Part shown: positions 24,080 through 32,474 of the stretch, one piece after another
Position numbering within the stretch: the first letter of the stretch is position 1
Layout: every line of letters starts with the position of its first letter
The notes under the pieces: model-generated
Databases searched by the model: none
Seen by the model: only the letters and a program-made list of their open reading frames with translations
What the model was told of the DNA's origin: nothing
Translations under genes and position numbers: made by a program
IMG/VR virus record: IMGVR_UViG_3300014208_000026
Location: 128,001 to 192,000 of that record
Strand: one strand, 5' to 3'
From: a virus
Taxonomy: Duplodnaviria; Caudoviricetes
DNA length: 64,000 bases

Positions 24080-25567
24080 ATGGGTGGTTGTAGATCCAAA
24101 GCGACTGTAGAAGAGATATTGGCAGCTTTCCATACCGATGAAGGTTTTAAGGCCGTAGCCAAACGTTTGGGTCTGTCTCCCAACACTCTTCGGCCTATAT
24201 GGCAAGAGAAATTCGGAGAAGACGCTTTCGTGAGTAGAGGGAAAGCCCTCCAAGCCCGAGCCGCAGCCAAGACCCTCAAGGAAACAGCAGGCAGTCGGGT
24301 CTATAAAAAGGAGACAGTTCCCTGTTCAAAATGCGGGATTCAAGTGTTGCTGAAAAAGACTCAAACGGCTCAGCTTAATTGGGAGGCTTTCGTCTGTGAT
24401 GCCTGTAAGTTTGATCGGGCCTGCCCGGTTTGCGGGCAACTCGTGGATGGCAAGAAGGGTCTTGCCATCCACTTCGGACACCAGCGAAATGCAGAGGACA
24501 AGGCACATACTATCTACCAGGAAACTTTGAGCGCCCGTTATTGGGGGGATCTTGTTGAAGGGGAGGACTTTGTCAGTTGTCTTTTTTGTGGTGCCCGAGT
24601 TAAAAGCTTGGTTTTGCATCTGACTGCCGCTCATGCCATGATGGTTGGGGCTTATCGAGAGAGATTCCCCGACGCCCCTATCCAGTCTCGTAAATGTTCG
24701 GAAGCCCGCTCGGAAGCTGCTCAGAACCGAGAAGACTACGGTAAAGGAGAAACTAAGGACATTATTTGTCCCGATTGCGGGGTGTCTTGGACGGGCTCTA
24801 AATTTCTAGCCCCTGAAATGCATGACCTTCGGTGCTCCTCTTGCCGTGACAAAGCTGAAAAACTTTTGAAACAAGAGACGGAGACTTATTGGGCTGGAAA
24901 AACAGAGCCAGATGATTATGTTGAGTGCCGATTGTGTGGGTGGAAAGGGTCGGTTATTTTGGGGCATGTCTTAGGAGCCCACCCTCAAGTTCCGATGCCA
25001 GAGTACAGGAAACAGTTTCCTGGTGCCCCACTGGCAGCTACCGGAGTGTTGACTTACCCTACCCATAGGATTGATCTTACCAAGGATGACCTTGAACCTT
25101 TCAAGGACGAGAAAGGTCGAGTACAAGTTGCTAAGGCAGCAGAAGCTCTCAACTGTTCGTGGGTTACGGTTCTCCACTATTGCAGAGAAACAGGTATTCC
25201 GACTCGAAACAAGTTGGCATTCCAGAAGTTGGTGCTAGATACTGTGTCTGGCCTTTTGGGGGAGCCCTACAAATGGGAGTGGCACGACCCCAGGATTGTG
25301 AACCCTCTGACAGGCTACTGTCTATTTTTTGATGGGTTTTTCTCAGGCCCCAATCTTTTGGTCGAGGTGCACGGAAGACAGCACGATGTTCAAGTGGATT
25401 ACTGGCACAAGACCAGAGATATTTTCGAGCAGATGCAAGAGAGAGATCATTTGAAAGCCAGAATGGCGGTCCAGTTGGGATTCAAGATGCTGACTATCCG
25501 TTGGAACGAGCCCTACACGGATGTGGGGTATCTGAGGAAGAAACTCGCTAGTATTGGCGTGCTGTAG
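24080..25567 (+). CDS. Free-standing endonuclease: HTH plus multiple zinc fingers (MucR-like) plus C-terminal DUF559/Vsr-like nuclease
   Basis: Start moved to ATG 24080 after AGGAG RBS; CLFCG...HLTAAH...YRERFPDAP and CRLCG...HVLGAH...YRKQFPGAP repeats; FFDGFF...LLVEVHGRQH...RDHLK. Confidence 0.8.
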   Translation: MGGCRSKATVEEILAAFHTDEGFKAVAKRLGLSPNTLRPIWQEKFGEDAFVSRGKALQARAAAKTLKETAGSRVYKKETVPCSKCGIQVLLKKTQTAQLNWEAFVCDACKFDRACPVCGQLVDGKKGLAIHFGHQRNAEDKAHTIYQETLSARYWGDLVEGEDFVSCLFCGARVKSLVLHLTAAHAMMVGAYRERFPDAPIQSRKCSEARSEAAQNREDYGKGETKDIICPDCGVSWTGSKFLAPEMHDLRCSSCRDKAEKLLKQETETYWAGKTEPDDYVECRLCGWKGSVILGHVLGAHPQVPMPEYRKQFPGAPLAATGVLTYPTHRIDLTKDDLEPFKDEKGRVQVAKAAEALNCSWVTVLHYCRETGIPTRNKLAFQKLVLDTVSGLLGEPYKWEWHDPRIVNPLTGYCLFFDGFFSGPNLLVEVHGRQHDVQVDYWHKTRDIFEQMQERDHLKARMAVQLGFKMLTIRWNEPYTDVGYLRKKLASIGVL

Positions 25568-25582
25568 ATAGGACGAGAAGAA

Positions 25583-26539
25583 CTAGATCACCGCAGGAAC
25601 GCCAGCCTTCATCAGGTCCGACTTTTCTTTCGTGAGCAGGCGGTCGAGAAGAACGGCCTGATCATGGGCTCCCGTAGTTTCCATCAAGTGGACGCAGAAG
25701 GACGCCACTAACATCGGGGTCGTGAGCTTCTTGGCGACGAGGGCCAGCAGAGCCTTGAATGCCATCGGGAAGCGGAGCGTGAAGCCAGCGGTCTTTACGT
25801 TAGTATCGGTGCTGGCCAGAACAGTAGCGGCCGGTTCAACATTCCCGAGGGCCACGAAATCCGACTTCTCACGGGTGAAGAGGCGGTCGACCAGAACGGC
25901 CTGATCGTGGTAACCCTTGGTTTCGAGCAGATAGACCACAAAGGCGGCCACCGTCAGGGGGTTCGGAAGTTTGGCGGCTACGACGCCCATTAGCGTCTTG
26001 AAAGCCATGGGGTAGTGGAACACAAAACCTGCTGTCTTCACTGCTGGAGCGCTGGCGGTCTTGTCCGCTTCAGGCTCCGCCTTCTTCAAGTCCCCCTTCT
26101 TCTGAGCGAGGATCTTGTCGATTTTAACTGCTTCCGCCGTGGCGCCCAGGACGTCCAGGAGGTGAACGCAGAAAGCTGCGGCAACCAGCGGGTTGGGCAT
26201 TTTCTTGGCAACCATGGCCAGGAGAGCCTTCTGAGCCGGATTCAGCTTGAGCTGGTAGGTCGGGCCGTCAGCAGCCTTCTTGGCAATGTCTTCGATCTTG
26301 CCTTTGTTGGCTTCCCACTTAGCTTTCGCTTCGGGGCTCATGCTATCCGTGGGGTCTTTGCCCGCCTTCTTGGCAATGTCTTCAATCTTGCCCTTGTTTG
26401 CTTCCCACTTGGCCTTGGCCTCGGGGCTCATGTTCTCGGTGGGGTCCGCTCCGGCGGTCTTGAGCACGCCGAGCAGTTCGGAGCGGAATTTCGGAAGGTC
26501 GTGAGCGAGTCGGACGATGGACGCACGAAGATTCTTCAT
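25583..26539 (-). CDS. Putative virion-internal repeat protein with N-terminal leader
   Basis: Leader shared with 578..1120; two 30-aa repeats and three roughly 65-aa repeats separated by KTA/KKA. Confidence 0.8.
   Translation of the reverse strand: MKNLRASIVRLAHDLPKFRSELLGVLKTAGADPTENMSPEAKAKWEANKGKIEDIAKKAGKDPTDSMSPEAKAKWEANKGKIEDIAKKAADGPTYQLKLNPAQKALLAMVAKKMPNPLVAAAFCVHLLDVLGATAEAVKIDKILAQKKGDLKKAEPEADKTASAPAVKTAGFVFHYPMAFKTLMGVVAAKLPNPLTVAAFVVYLLETKGYHDQAVLVDRLFTREKSDFVALGNVEPAATVLASTDTNVKTAGFTLRFPMAFKALLALVAKKLTTPMLVASFCVHLMETTGAHDQAVLLDRLLTKEKSDLMKAGVPAVI
26274..26446 (-). repeat. Coding tandem repeat, 90-bp period, two copies
   Basis: DPT(E/D)(N/S)MSPEAKAKWEANKGKIEDIAKKA twice; DNA copies begin at 26274 and 26364. 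Confidence 0.9.
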
Positions 26540-26560
26540 AGGATGTTTCTCCCTTAGGTT

Positions 26561-26581
26561 CTACTAAGGGAAAGGCTATAG
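26561..26581 (-). promoter_or_regulatory. Putative late promoter CTAT-N11-TAGTAG
   Basis: Minus strand CTATAGCCTTTCCCTTAGTAGAACCTAAGGGAGAA closely matches 538-571. Confidence 0.6.
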
Positions 26582-26596
26582 GGGGAAAATTGAACG

Positions 26597-26773
26597 CTAG
26601 GACTGAGGTTCTTGACGGGAGACGAATGTCTGACAGTAGGAGCGGGAGGCGCACTGGTCGCAGTTACAGCCCTGTTCGTGGGAATGCCCATGGGATTTCT
26701 TTCGGGAATGGGCAACCAAGCAGGCCAGCAGGTAGGCTGCTGTGAGAAGGATGAGGCCGGTTCCGGTTTCCAT
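26597..26773 (-). CDS. Small membrane protein with His/Cys-rich tail
   Basis: GLILLTAAYLLACLVA then HGHSHEQGCNCDQC; GGGAG RBS; start follows the upstream stop. Confidence 0.6.
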   Translation of the reverse strand: METGTGLILLTAAYLLACLVAHSRKKSHGHSHEQGCNCDQCASRSYCQTFVSRQEPQS

Positions 26774-26774
26774 G

Positions 26775-27290
26775 CTAGGCACTCTCCCTTTCTTCGGGGT
26801 ACTTCAGGAAGCGTTCTTCCCGTTCCTCTTCGTGGCGGATTCGGCAGGGGAACTGCCAGAACCCGTAGTGATCGAGGTGACCCTTGCCATACGAGAGGTT
26901 CTCGGCGATATCGCTGGAAGTACCGCAATCAAGGTCCCCACAGGTTGGGATACCACGGGGCATTTCGGAGTCTGCCGACCTGGGATGGTTCCGACAGATT
27001 TGGTTCCAGGTGTCCTGGCGGAGAGCCCTACATAGCGGGTCGGTACACTTGAAGTTTCGGATTCCGTGGGTACGGCACCCGAGGATCTTTTCGAGCAGGT
27101 AGTACAGGACGGGGTACTGATGAAGCTTGTCGGCGTCGGTCTGGTATCCGACCACTGCGGACTGCCAGTCTCCGTGACGGAGCCACAGGCAGACGTCTCG
27201 GGCGACACCACTGTTGTACCGGTACAGCCGACAGCAGTTCTCTATGCCGTCAGCATAGACTTTCTGCAGTTCGAGCGAGGGAGTGTCCAT
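26775..27290 (-). CDS. Cys-rich hypothetical protein
   Basis: Start reassigned to MDTPSL downstream of motif copy 3. Confidence 0.65.
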   Translation of the reverse strand: MDTPSLELQKVYADGIENCCRLYRYNSGVARDVCLWLRHGDWQSAVVGYQTDADKLHQYPVLYYLLEKILGCRTHGIRNFKCTDPLCRALRQDTWNQICRNHPRSADSEMPRGIPTCGDLDCGTSSDIAENLSYGKGHLDHYGFWQFPCRIRHEEEREERFLKYPEERESA

Positions 27291-27324
27291 AGTGCTCTGG
27301 TCCGTCAGTCTATCCACGTTTTCT

Positions 27325-27360
27325 ATATACGCCAAAGCGGGCCGGAATGAAACAGAAATC
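27325..27360 (-). promoter_or_regulatory. Conserved motif, copy 3
   Basis: Plus strand ATATACGCC-N11-GAATGAAACAGAAATC. Confidence 0.7.
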
Positions 27361-27748
27361 AGACCGCCATTTGTCCACGAACGAGTCGGATTGTTTCTTC
27401 TGGTGTGTTGGCTTCGACGGGAGCACATTCTGCCCAGCGACCCTGGAAACAACCTGCCGTGACACTGACCCAGAACTGAAGGTAGGTTTCCTTTTTCTTG
27501 TCGGTGCAGGCATAGACCTCACGCTGTTTCTTGTCAAGTTTCCAGGTGTACTGCGGGAAAGCGGCACGGACAGCAGTGCAAAGGTCTTCGTAGTCCTGGT
27601 CAGCGGCTTTGCGGGCTTCCTCTTGCAGAGCCTTTTTGTCCCTCAAAAGATTGGAGTCTTTGATGTTGAGTGAGGAGAAAACGGCTAGAGCTTCATTCGA
27701 AGGCAGGGTCCACGTGTAGGGTTTCTTGGCCCAATCGGTCAGGTGCAT
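27359..27748 (-). CDS. Hypothetical protein
   Basis: 129-aa ORF in a tightly packed operon. Confidence 0.7.
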   Translation of the reverse strand: MHLTDWAKKPYTWTLPSNEALAVFSSLNIKDSNLLRDKKALQEEARKAADQDYEDLCTAVRAAFPQYTWKLDKKQREVYACTDKKKETYLQFWVSVTAGCFQGRWAECAPVEANTPEETIRLVRGQMAV

Positions 27749-27751
27749 GAT

Positions 27752-27985
27752 CTAGTCTCCTTCTTTTTTCGGGTGAGCACACTTGGGGCAATAAACAGTA
27801 TGGCCCATCATCATAGCGAAGAATCCAACGGTGTATCCCCAGCCATCCTTCTCGTTTGCCTGTTCGCAGGCTTCGAGTTCCGGTGCTGCGGATTGTACCG
27901 AATAGGACTTGGATTTCGTTCCGCAAGTGTCGCAGGTCAGAATGCCCGACCGTTTCTTGCCTTTGCCCGTCACGTCAACGCCCAT
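27752..27985 (-). CDS. Small zinc-ribbon protein
   Basis: CDTC...CPKC. Confidence 0.7.
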   Translation of the reverse strand: MGVDVTGKGKKRSGILTCDTCGTKSKSYSVQSAAPELEACEQANEKDGWGYTVGFFAMMMGHTVYCPKCAHPKKEGD

Positions 27986-27991
27986 GTTCGT

Positions 27992-28750
27992 TTAACTCCC
28001 CTGCTGTCCGAAGATATCTGTGATGGTTGGAGCCCTGTGGTTCTGCCACAGGACCTCGACAGATTTCTTCCCGCCCGTTTTTGATTCGTTCGCTTTGATG
28101 GAACCGAATTCTTGAAAGGGGAGCCAATCGGTCCCTTCGGCTCCGTTTTCGCAAACCAGTACTTGACCTTTTCTGGTTTTGCACCAATCACCGAGGGCCT
28201 GGAAGTCGATATCTTTAGAACTGCACCGGTAGCTTTTCCCGGCTTTCAAGTACGGGGGATCGATGAAGTAAGTCGCCTCAAGGTCGGGAGTAGTCTCGTA
28301 GGAGCCCTGCTGGATTGTCCAGTGCCGAATGTGCTGTACTTGATCTGCGATTCTTCGACGAACGGTGTTCCCCCAGTCGGAGTTCGGTCGAATTCCGCTT
28401 TTCATCCACGTTGAAGGTGTCTTGCAAGGAGTAGGGGAACCACGGTTGATCCAGAAACCGATCAGCCAACGTGCCTCTTGCGGCAGTTCCGGAAAGTCGT
28501 CAGTGCTCTGGTCTGGCCCGAGATCAGGGAGGGCCAAGATTTCTTCGGGTGTGACGTGGATGAGGTAATCCCAGAGGCCGCAGATCACCTCATACTTGTC
28601 GACGAGGATTATCCTACGGTCGGAGTAGCGAAGGGAGTAACCCGCGGCACCGGCAAACGGCTCGATGATCGTGTCATGAATAGGTGCGGGGTAGCGAGGT
28701 GCGGCTCTCCACTTGCCCCCGTAGTAGAGAAAGAACGGTTTCAGGTTCAC
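27992..28750 (-). CDS. DNA adenine methyltransferase (Dam-like, D12 class), orphan
   Basis: FLYYGGK, IEPFAGAAG (SAM-binding motif I) and FIDPPY (catalytic motif IV). Confidence 0.92.
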   Translation of the reverse strand: MNLKPFFLYYGGKWRAAPRYPAPIHDTIIEPFAGAAGYSLRYSDRRIILVDKYEVICGLWDYLIHVTPEEILALPDLGPDQSTDDFPELPQEARWLIGFWINRGSPTPCKTPSTWMKSGIRPNSDWGNTVRRRIADQVQHIRHWTIQQGSYETTPDLEATYFIDPPYLKAGKSYRCSSKDIDFQALGDWCKTRKGQVLVCENGAEGTDWLPFQEFGSIKANESKTGGKKSVEVLWQNHRAPTITDIFGQQGS

Positions 28751-28752
28751 AT

Positions 28753-29928
28753 CTACTCCTTGATTAACCCCAGTTCCCGAAGAGCCGTAAAGACAAGCTT
28801 CATTTCCTGCTTCTGGAAAGCCCCAGACAAAGCCCGCAGTACAGGAACCTTCCCCACCACGGTGATATCGAGTCCCGTTGCCTCGTAAGCAGTCCGGACC
28901 TTATCGTGCCAGCGGATCTTGGAAGTCACAATCCCCACGGCTTTCTCGATTGTACCCAAGCTGGCGTCAACCTGCGACTGGTTGAATTCCTCCAGGAGAA
29001 GTTTCACGGTTCCTTCGACGGTTGGCTCAGGAGAAGATTCCAGCAGGTTCCACACGGTCGGGAGGATTCGAGACAGAGGGATAGTGTCGGACGCCCAGTG
29101 AATGCATTCCACACCCTCGGGCTTGGCCTTGTAGAGGTGCCACTTCTGCTCTGCATCCCGGAGGTAAAGAACATAACCCTCGGTCCCGTCGATGAAGGTT
29201 TGATCCCCTTCTGTTACCTTCTTGTTCGTGGCTTCCGCCTCGGTCCGCAGCTTGTTGTAGAAAGCAATAAGGTCTGCCCCGCTGGTCAGACGTGCCGCAG
29301 GTTGCAGGACAACCGGATTGGTCTTGTCAAACTGGTCGTTGGGGATCACGGAGGCAGTCTTCTGGTTCACCCCGAACAGAAGTTTCGTTGCCAGGGACTC
29401 GGGGTAGCGGATCAGGTGGGTGTTGCGTTGGCCGTACATTTCGAACGAGAGACCCAGATTCTCGTCGACGAGAGCAACGAGAGCCCGCAGGCTTTCGTTC
29501 GTGTCGAGGAGTTCCTGCCACATGGAGCGGAACGGCCCGAAGCGGGATTCCGTCAGCACGGGGGTCAGGCGGGTCTTGAAAGAGGTGAAACGATTCCCCT
29601 GTGAATTCGCGTAGTTATAAGCGAACACGTTAGACCCGTCCAATTTCAAAAACGCGATTACGTCCTGAGCGGGGGGAAAGTGGTATGACCGAGTTCCCAG
29701 GTCCGTGGAGCCAAAGGGATAGTGAAGCTTGGGGGTTCCATAGATCACTTGGGGCTCAGGCAAGTCTGCCCCTGCCACTTTGAAAAGAACCATAGCGCCG
29801 TAGCGATGGTCTGACTGGTGGCAGAGGTACCCTTCGAGGACTTGATTCCCATTGAAGGTGTCCGGTACCTCGAAGGGAGCCAGGACCGAGGTCTTGCAGT
29901 CAAGTAGTTGGGCGGCACGTTCCAGCAT
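28753..29928 (-). CDS. RNA ligase, T4 Rnl1-like nucleotidyltransferase
   Basis: Motif [31 protein letters not shown]. Confidence 0.8.
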   Translation of the reverse strand: MLERAAQLLDCKTSVLAPFEVPDTFNGNQVLEGYLCHQSDHRYGAMVLFKVAGADLPEPQVIYGTPKLHYPFGSTDLGTRSYHFPPAQDVIAFLKLDGSNVFAYNYANSQGNRFTSFKTRLTPVLTESRFGPFRSMWQELLDTNESLRALVALVDENLGLSFEMYGQRNTHLIRYPESLATKLLFGVNQKTASVIPNDQFDKTNPVVLQPAARLTSGADLIAFYNKLRTEAEATNKKVTEGDQTFIDGTEGYVLYLRDAEQKWHLYKAKPEGVECIHWASDTIPLSRILPTVWNLLESSPEPTVEGTVKLLLEEFNQSQVDASLGTIEKAVGIVTSKIRWHDKVRTAYEATGLDITVVGKVPVLRALSGAFQKQEMKLVFTALRELGLIKE

Positions 29929-29965
29929 TTCTTTTGTCTCCTACCGTTCCAGCCAGTCTTTTTCT

Positions 29966-30003
29966 ATATACGCCATCCCGCTGGAAAAGGAAACTGAAAT
30001 CGT
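29966..30003 (-). promoter_or_regulatory. Conserved motif, copy 4
   Basis: Plus strand ATATACGCC-N11-AAAGGAAACTGAAATCGT. Confidence 0.75.
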
Positions 30004-30031
30004 CCGGCTCTGGAGACGGTATAGTAGAGGC

Positions 30032-30604
30032 ATGGCAAAGTGGTTTGTCTACGTAATTCAAAGCAGGGCGCCTCGGTACTCGAAATCGGGGAAGCCTCTG
30101 CCTGGATTCTTTTACGTCGGGTGTACAACGGATCCTGTCAGGAGACTCCGCGAACACAATGGTGAGCTAGCCAACGGAGGGAAATACACCTCTAAACATA
30201 GACCTTGGGTCCCGCGTGCTTTGTTCAAGTTTTACGCTGACCGTCGAGAAGCCATGAAAGCAGAGTACGCCCTGAAGCACGGCAAGCGAGGGATTGCCCG
30301 TACTCAATGGACGCCCGAGGATTCTGTTTGGTGCAGGGGGTTGGGGCCGGATGACCCTTGGGTCTTGTGCGGAGGGGCTAGGCTAGCCTCGGAAATTGAA
30401 CAGGTTCCTGACGAGTTCGGAATCGCTGTAGACGAGGCCATAGATTCCGAAACCCAGGGCTGCGAGGCTCACCAGCATGACGAGGAAGTCAGGGCCGATG
30501 GTCTCTTGCCGTCGGATGATCTCAAGGGCAGTCTTGATGCATCCGAACAGCCCGAAGCCGAAAAGCACAGTCCAGCAAAAGACAACGAAGGCGGGGTCGG
30601 TTGA
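30032..30604 (+). CDS. GIY-YIG endonuclease, SLX1/UPF0213-like
   Basis: Start at ATG 30032 after GAGG; VYVIQS...[18 protein letters not shown]...GGKYT...RPW. Confidence 0.88.
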   Translation: MAKWFVYVIQSRAPRYSKSGKPLPGFFYVGCTTDPVRRLREHNGELANGGKYTSKHRPWVPRALFKFYADRREAMKAEYALKHGKRGIARTQWTPEDSVWCRGLGPDDPWVLCGGARLASEIEQVPDEFGIAVDEAIDSETQGCEAHQHDEEVRADGLLPSDDLKGSLDASEQPEAEKHSPAKDNEGGVG

Positions 30605-30655
30605 GGTCGTGATCTCGTTCAGTCCCATTTTCATCTCCCTTGGGTTAGGTTCCAT
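30383..30655 (-). CDS. Small two-TM membrane protein
   Basis: Two hydrophobic segments; directly follows motif copy 5. Confidence 0.7.
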   Translation of the reverse strand: MEPNPREMKMGLNEITTSTDPAFVVFCWTVLFGFGLFGCIKTALEIIRRQETIGPDFLVMLVSLAALGFGIYGLVYSDSELVRNLFNFRG

Positions 30656-30666
30656 CTACACCTAAG

Positions 30667-30704
30667 GTATACACCGTCGAAGGTGAAAATGAAACTGGAA
30701 TCGT
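30667..30704 (-). promoter_or_regulatory. Conserved motif, copy 5
   Basis: Plus strand GTATACACC-N11-AAATGAAACTGGAATCGT. Confidence 0.75.
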
Positions 30705-30725
30705 CAGTTAGAGATCGGGCAGGAA

Positions 30726-31718
30726 TCAAGACACGTAGCTGCTGAGCTTTGACACGGCCCGATTCGTGATCAGGGTGTTCGGGCCCATGATCGCCGAGTT
30801 GAAACGGTTTTCGTTCCGCTTCTCAGGAGAGCCGTTAGCTCCGGCCAAGTGGGTGACCCACTGCGTGACGGCGTTCATGGCGGCCCAACCGGTGCCCGCG
30901 ACTCCCGGGATATCCTGACCGATACCGTTTTCGAACAGGAGCCGAAGTTCGGTTCGACGGAGGGACGCCTGGAGGTTACTGGCTCCGAGCTTGACGGGAT
31001 CGGGGAGGACGTGCAGAGCAAACTCGTCCCACTTCTTCTCGTCGATCTGGACCTTGGCGAACGCCGTCATCAGTTCGCCGTAGGCCGCGTATTCCTTTTC
31101 GGCGATCCCGAGAATCTCACGGGCTTTTTCCAGTTTTCCCATGATGTTCACCGAGTGCTGAAGGCTCACGGTCCGCCCAGGTTCACGGCTGTTCATGGCC
31201 AGCGTCATAGTATTCGCGCACACTACGCGAATCGGCGTCATGAATACCTTGAGGGATCCCGTGCCGTCGTGGGTGTTGCAGAGCAGGACGAAACGTCCGA
31301 CTGCATCCCCCTTGACCGGCTCGATGACTCCAGGCAGTTGGGCCAGCAGCCAGACCTTACGCCCCTCGAAGAGGGATCCGGCGGTATGATACCTCATCTG
31401 GCCGATGGTCACCAAGCTGTCCATCAGGGAGAGAGCGGTCTCGTTCTGGATTTCGCGATAGCGGTTTCCGACGATCCCGAGGATCTTGCTGTCGGAGGCA
31501 CGACGAATGGCAAAGTTGCCATTCACCATGTCATGCGTGAGGGAGGTGTTGTCCTGGGTTCGCGTCTCGACGAAGAGCGGCACCCGTTCCACCTTCCAGT
31601 CCAGTCCCGCGAGTTGCAGAACGTCGTTGGAAAGGATCGGCTCCTCCCCCACGTACGTCCCCTTGCCATGCCATGGAGTTGCGCCTGCGAATAGCAACGA
31701 CTCTACTTGGTCCGACAT
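30726..31718 (-). CDS. DUF932 family protein (phage/plasmid TIGR03299-like)
   Basis: MSDQVESL...TPWHGKG, LDWKVE, VGNRY..IQNE, TAGSL..GRKVWL, NTHDGTGS, PIRVVCANT. Confidence 0.9.
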   Translation of the reverse strand: MSDQVESLLFAGATPWHGKGTYVGEEPILSNDVLQLAGLDWKVERVPLFVETRTQDNTSLTHDMVNGNFAIRRASDSKILGIVGNRYREIQNETALSLMDSLVTIGQMRYHTAGSLFEGRKVWLLAQLPGVIEPVKGDAVGRFVLLCNTHDGTGSLKVFMTPIRVVCANTMTLAMNSREPGRTVSLQHSVNIMGKLEKAREILGIAEKEYAAYGELMTAFAKVQIDEKKWDEFALHVLPDPVKLGASNLQASLRRTELRLLFENGIGQDIPGVAGTGWAAMNAVTQWVTHLAGANGSPEKRNENRFNSAIMGPNTLITNRAVSKLSSYVS

Positions 31719-31765
31719 TTTCGTATCTCCCCTCGTCAGTCCAGTTTTCAACCCTCACGTTTTCT

Positions 31766-31803
31766 GTATACGCCAAGTCGGTGGAAAATGGAACTGAAAT
31801 CGT
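31766..31803 (-). promoter_or_regulatory. Conserved motif, copy 6
   Basis: Plus strand GTATACGCC-N11-AAATGGAACTGAAATCGT. Confidence 0.75.
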
Positions 31804-32021
31804 CAGGAAGAAATCGGGCGGTAGATAGCTGCAGAGAAAGGTGCGGGCTTTCCGTTGTTATCTGTGGCGTCACGGCGGGAGATATAATCGGGGTGACGGG
31901 CCAAGAAACAGACCATGCAGTTACACCAGCCGTCCAGGGACGTCCAGCCATGCTCTGCCGTTACGTTTGTCACCCACTCGTAGCCGTCAGGTGCCTGCCT
32001 CTTTGGGCTTTCAGGCAACAT
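31803..32021 (-). CDS. Small hypothetical protein
   Basis: Start reassigned to MLPESPK after AAGGGG RBS. Confidence 0.6.
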   Translation of the reverse strand: MLPESPKRQAPDGYEWVTNVTAEHGWTSLDGWCNCMVCFLARHPDYISRRDATDNNGKPAPFSAAIYRPISS

Positions 32022-32352
32022 CGTCGAGTCCCCTTTTGAGTTTCTTGGCTCCCGAAGCGGCGGACCTCGCATGGTGGGAATGCCTGGGGGCCTGGAGTTT
32101 CCTCGGCGAGTCAGCCCACATGATGGTGATCACCACGCCGTCTTTGCTGGTAACTACTGCCAGACCGTCATAGTCAGAAAGATCGACGTCCTGTTTCTTG
32201 GCCGCTTCGATTTCTTTCCTGCCGATGAAATGGACCTCGTCATTCCCGACCTGTCTTACCTGTCGTCCCCAGGAGAGACAGGTTTCGACGGCGTTCTCGG
32301 GGATGCTGCGATTCTTGGCTCGTTTCCGAGCGTGGTCGGATAGCGGTGTCAT
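32011..32352 (-). CDS. DUF4258 domain protein (RelE-like fold)
   Basis: LSDHARKRAKNRSI...GLAVVTSKDGVVITIM. Confidence 0.75.
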   Translation of the reverse strand: MTPLSDHARKRAKNRSIPENAVETCLSWGRQVRQVGNDEVHFIGRKEIEAAKKQDVDLSDYDGLAVVTSKDGVVITIMWADSPRKLQAPRHSHHARSAASGAKKLKRGLDDVA

Positions 32353-32474
32353 TTTTCTTACCCGACCTCCCAGAGTGCCCGTTCCTATATACCCGATCTC
32401 AGTCCAAGGGCATAGCCCGTTTTTCTGGCTATTGACCCCGTAGAGGTAGGACTCCTGTGTGAGGTTTCGTACCC

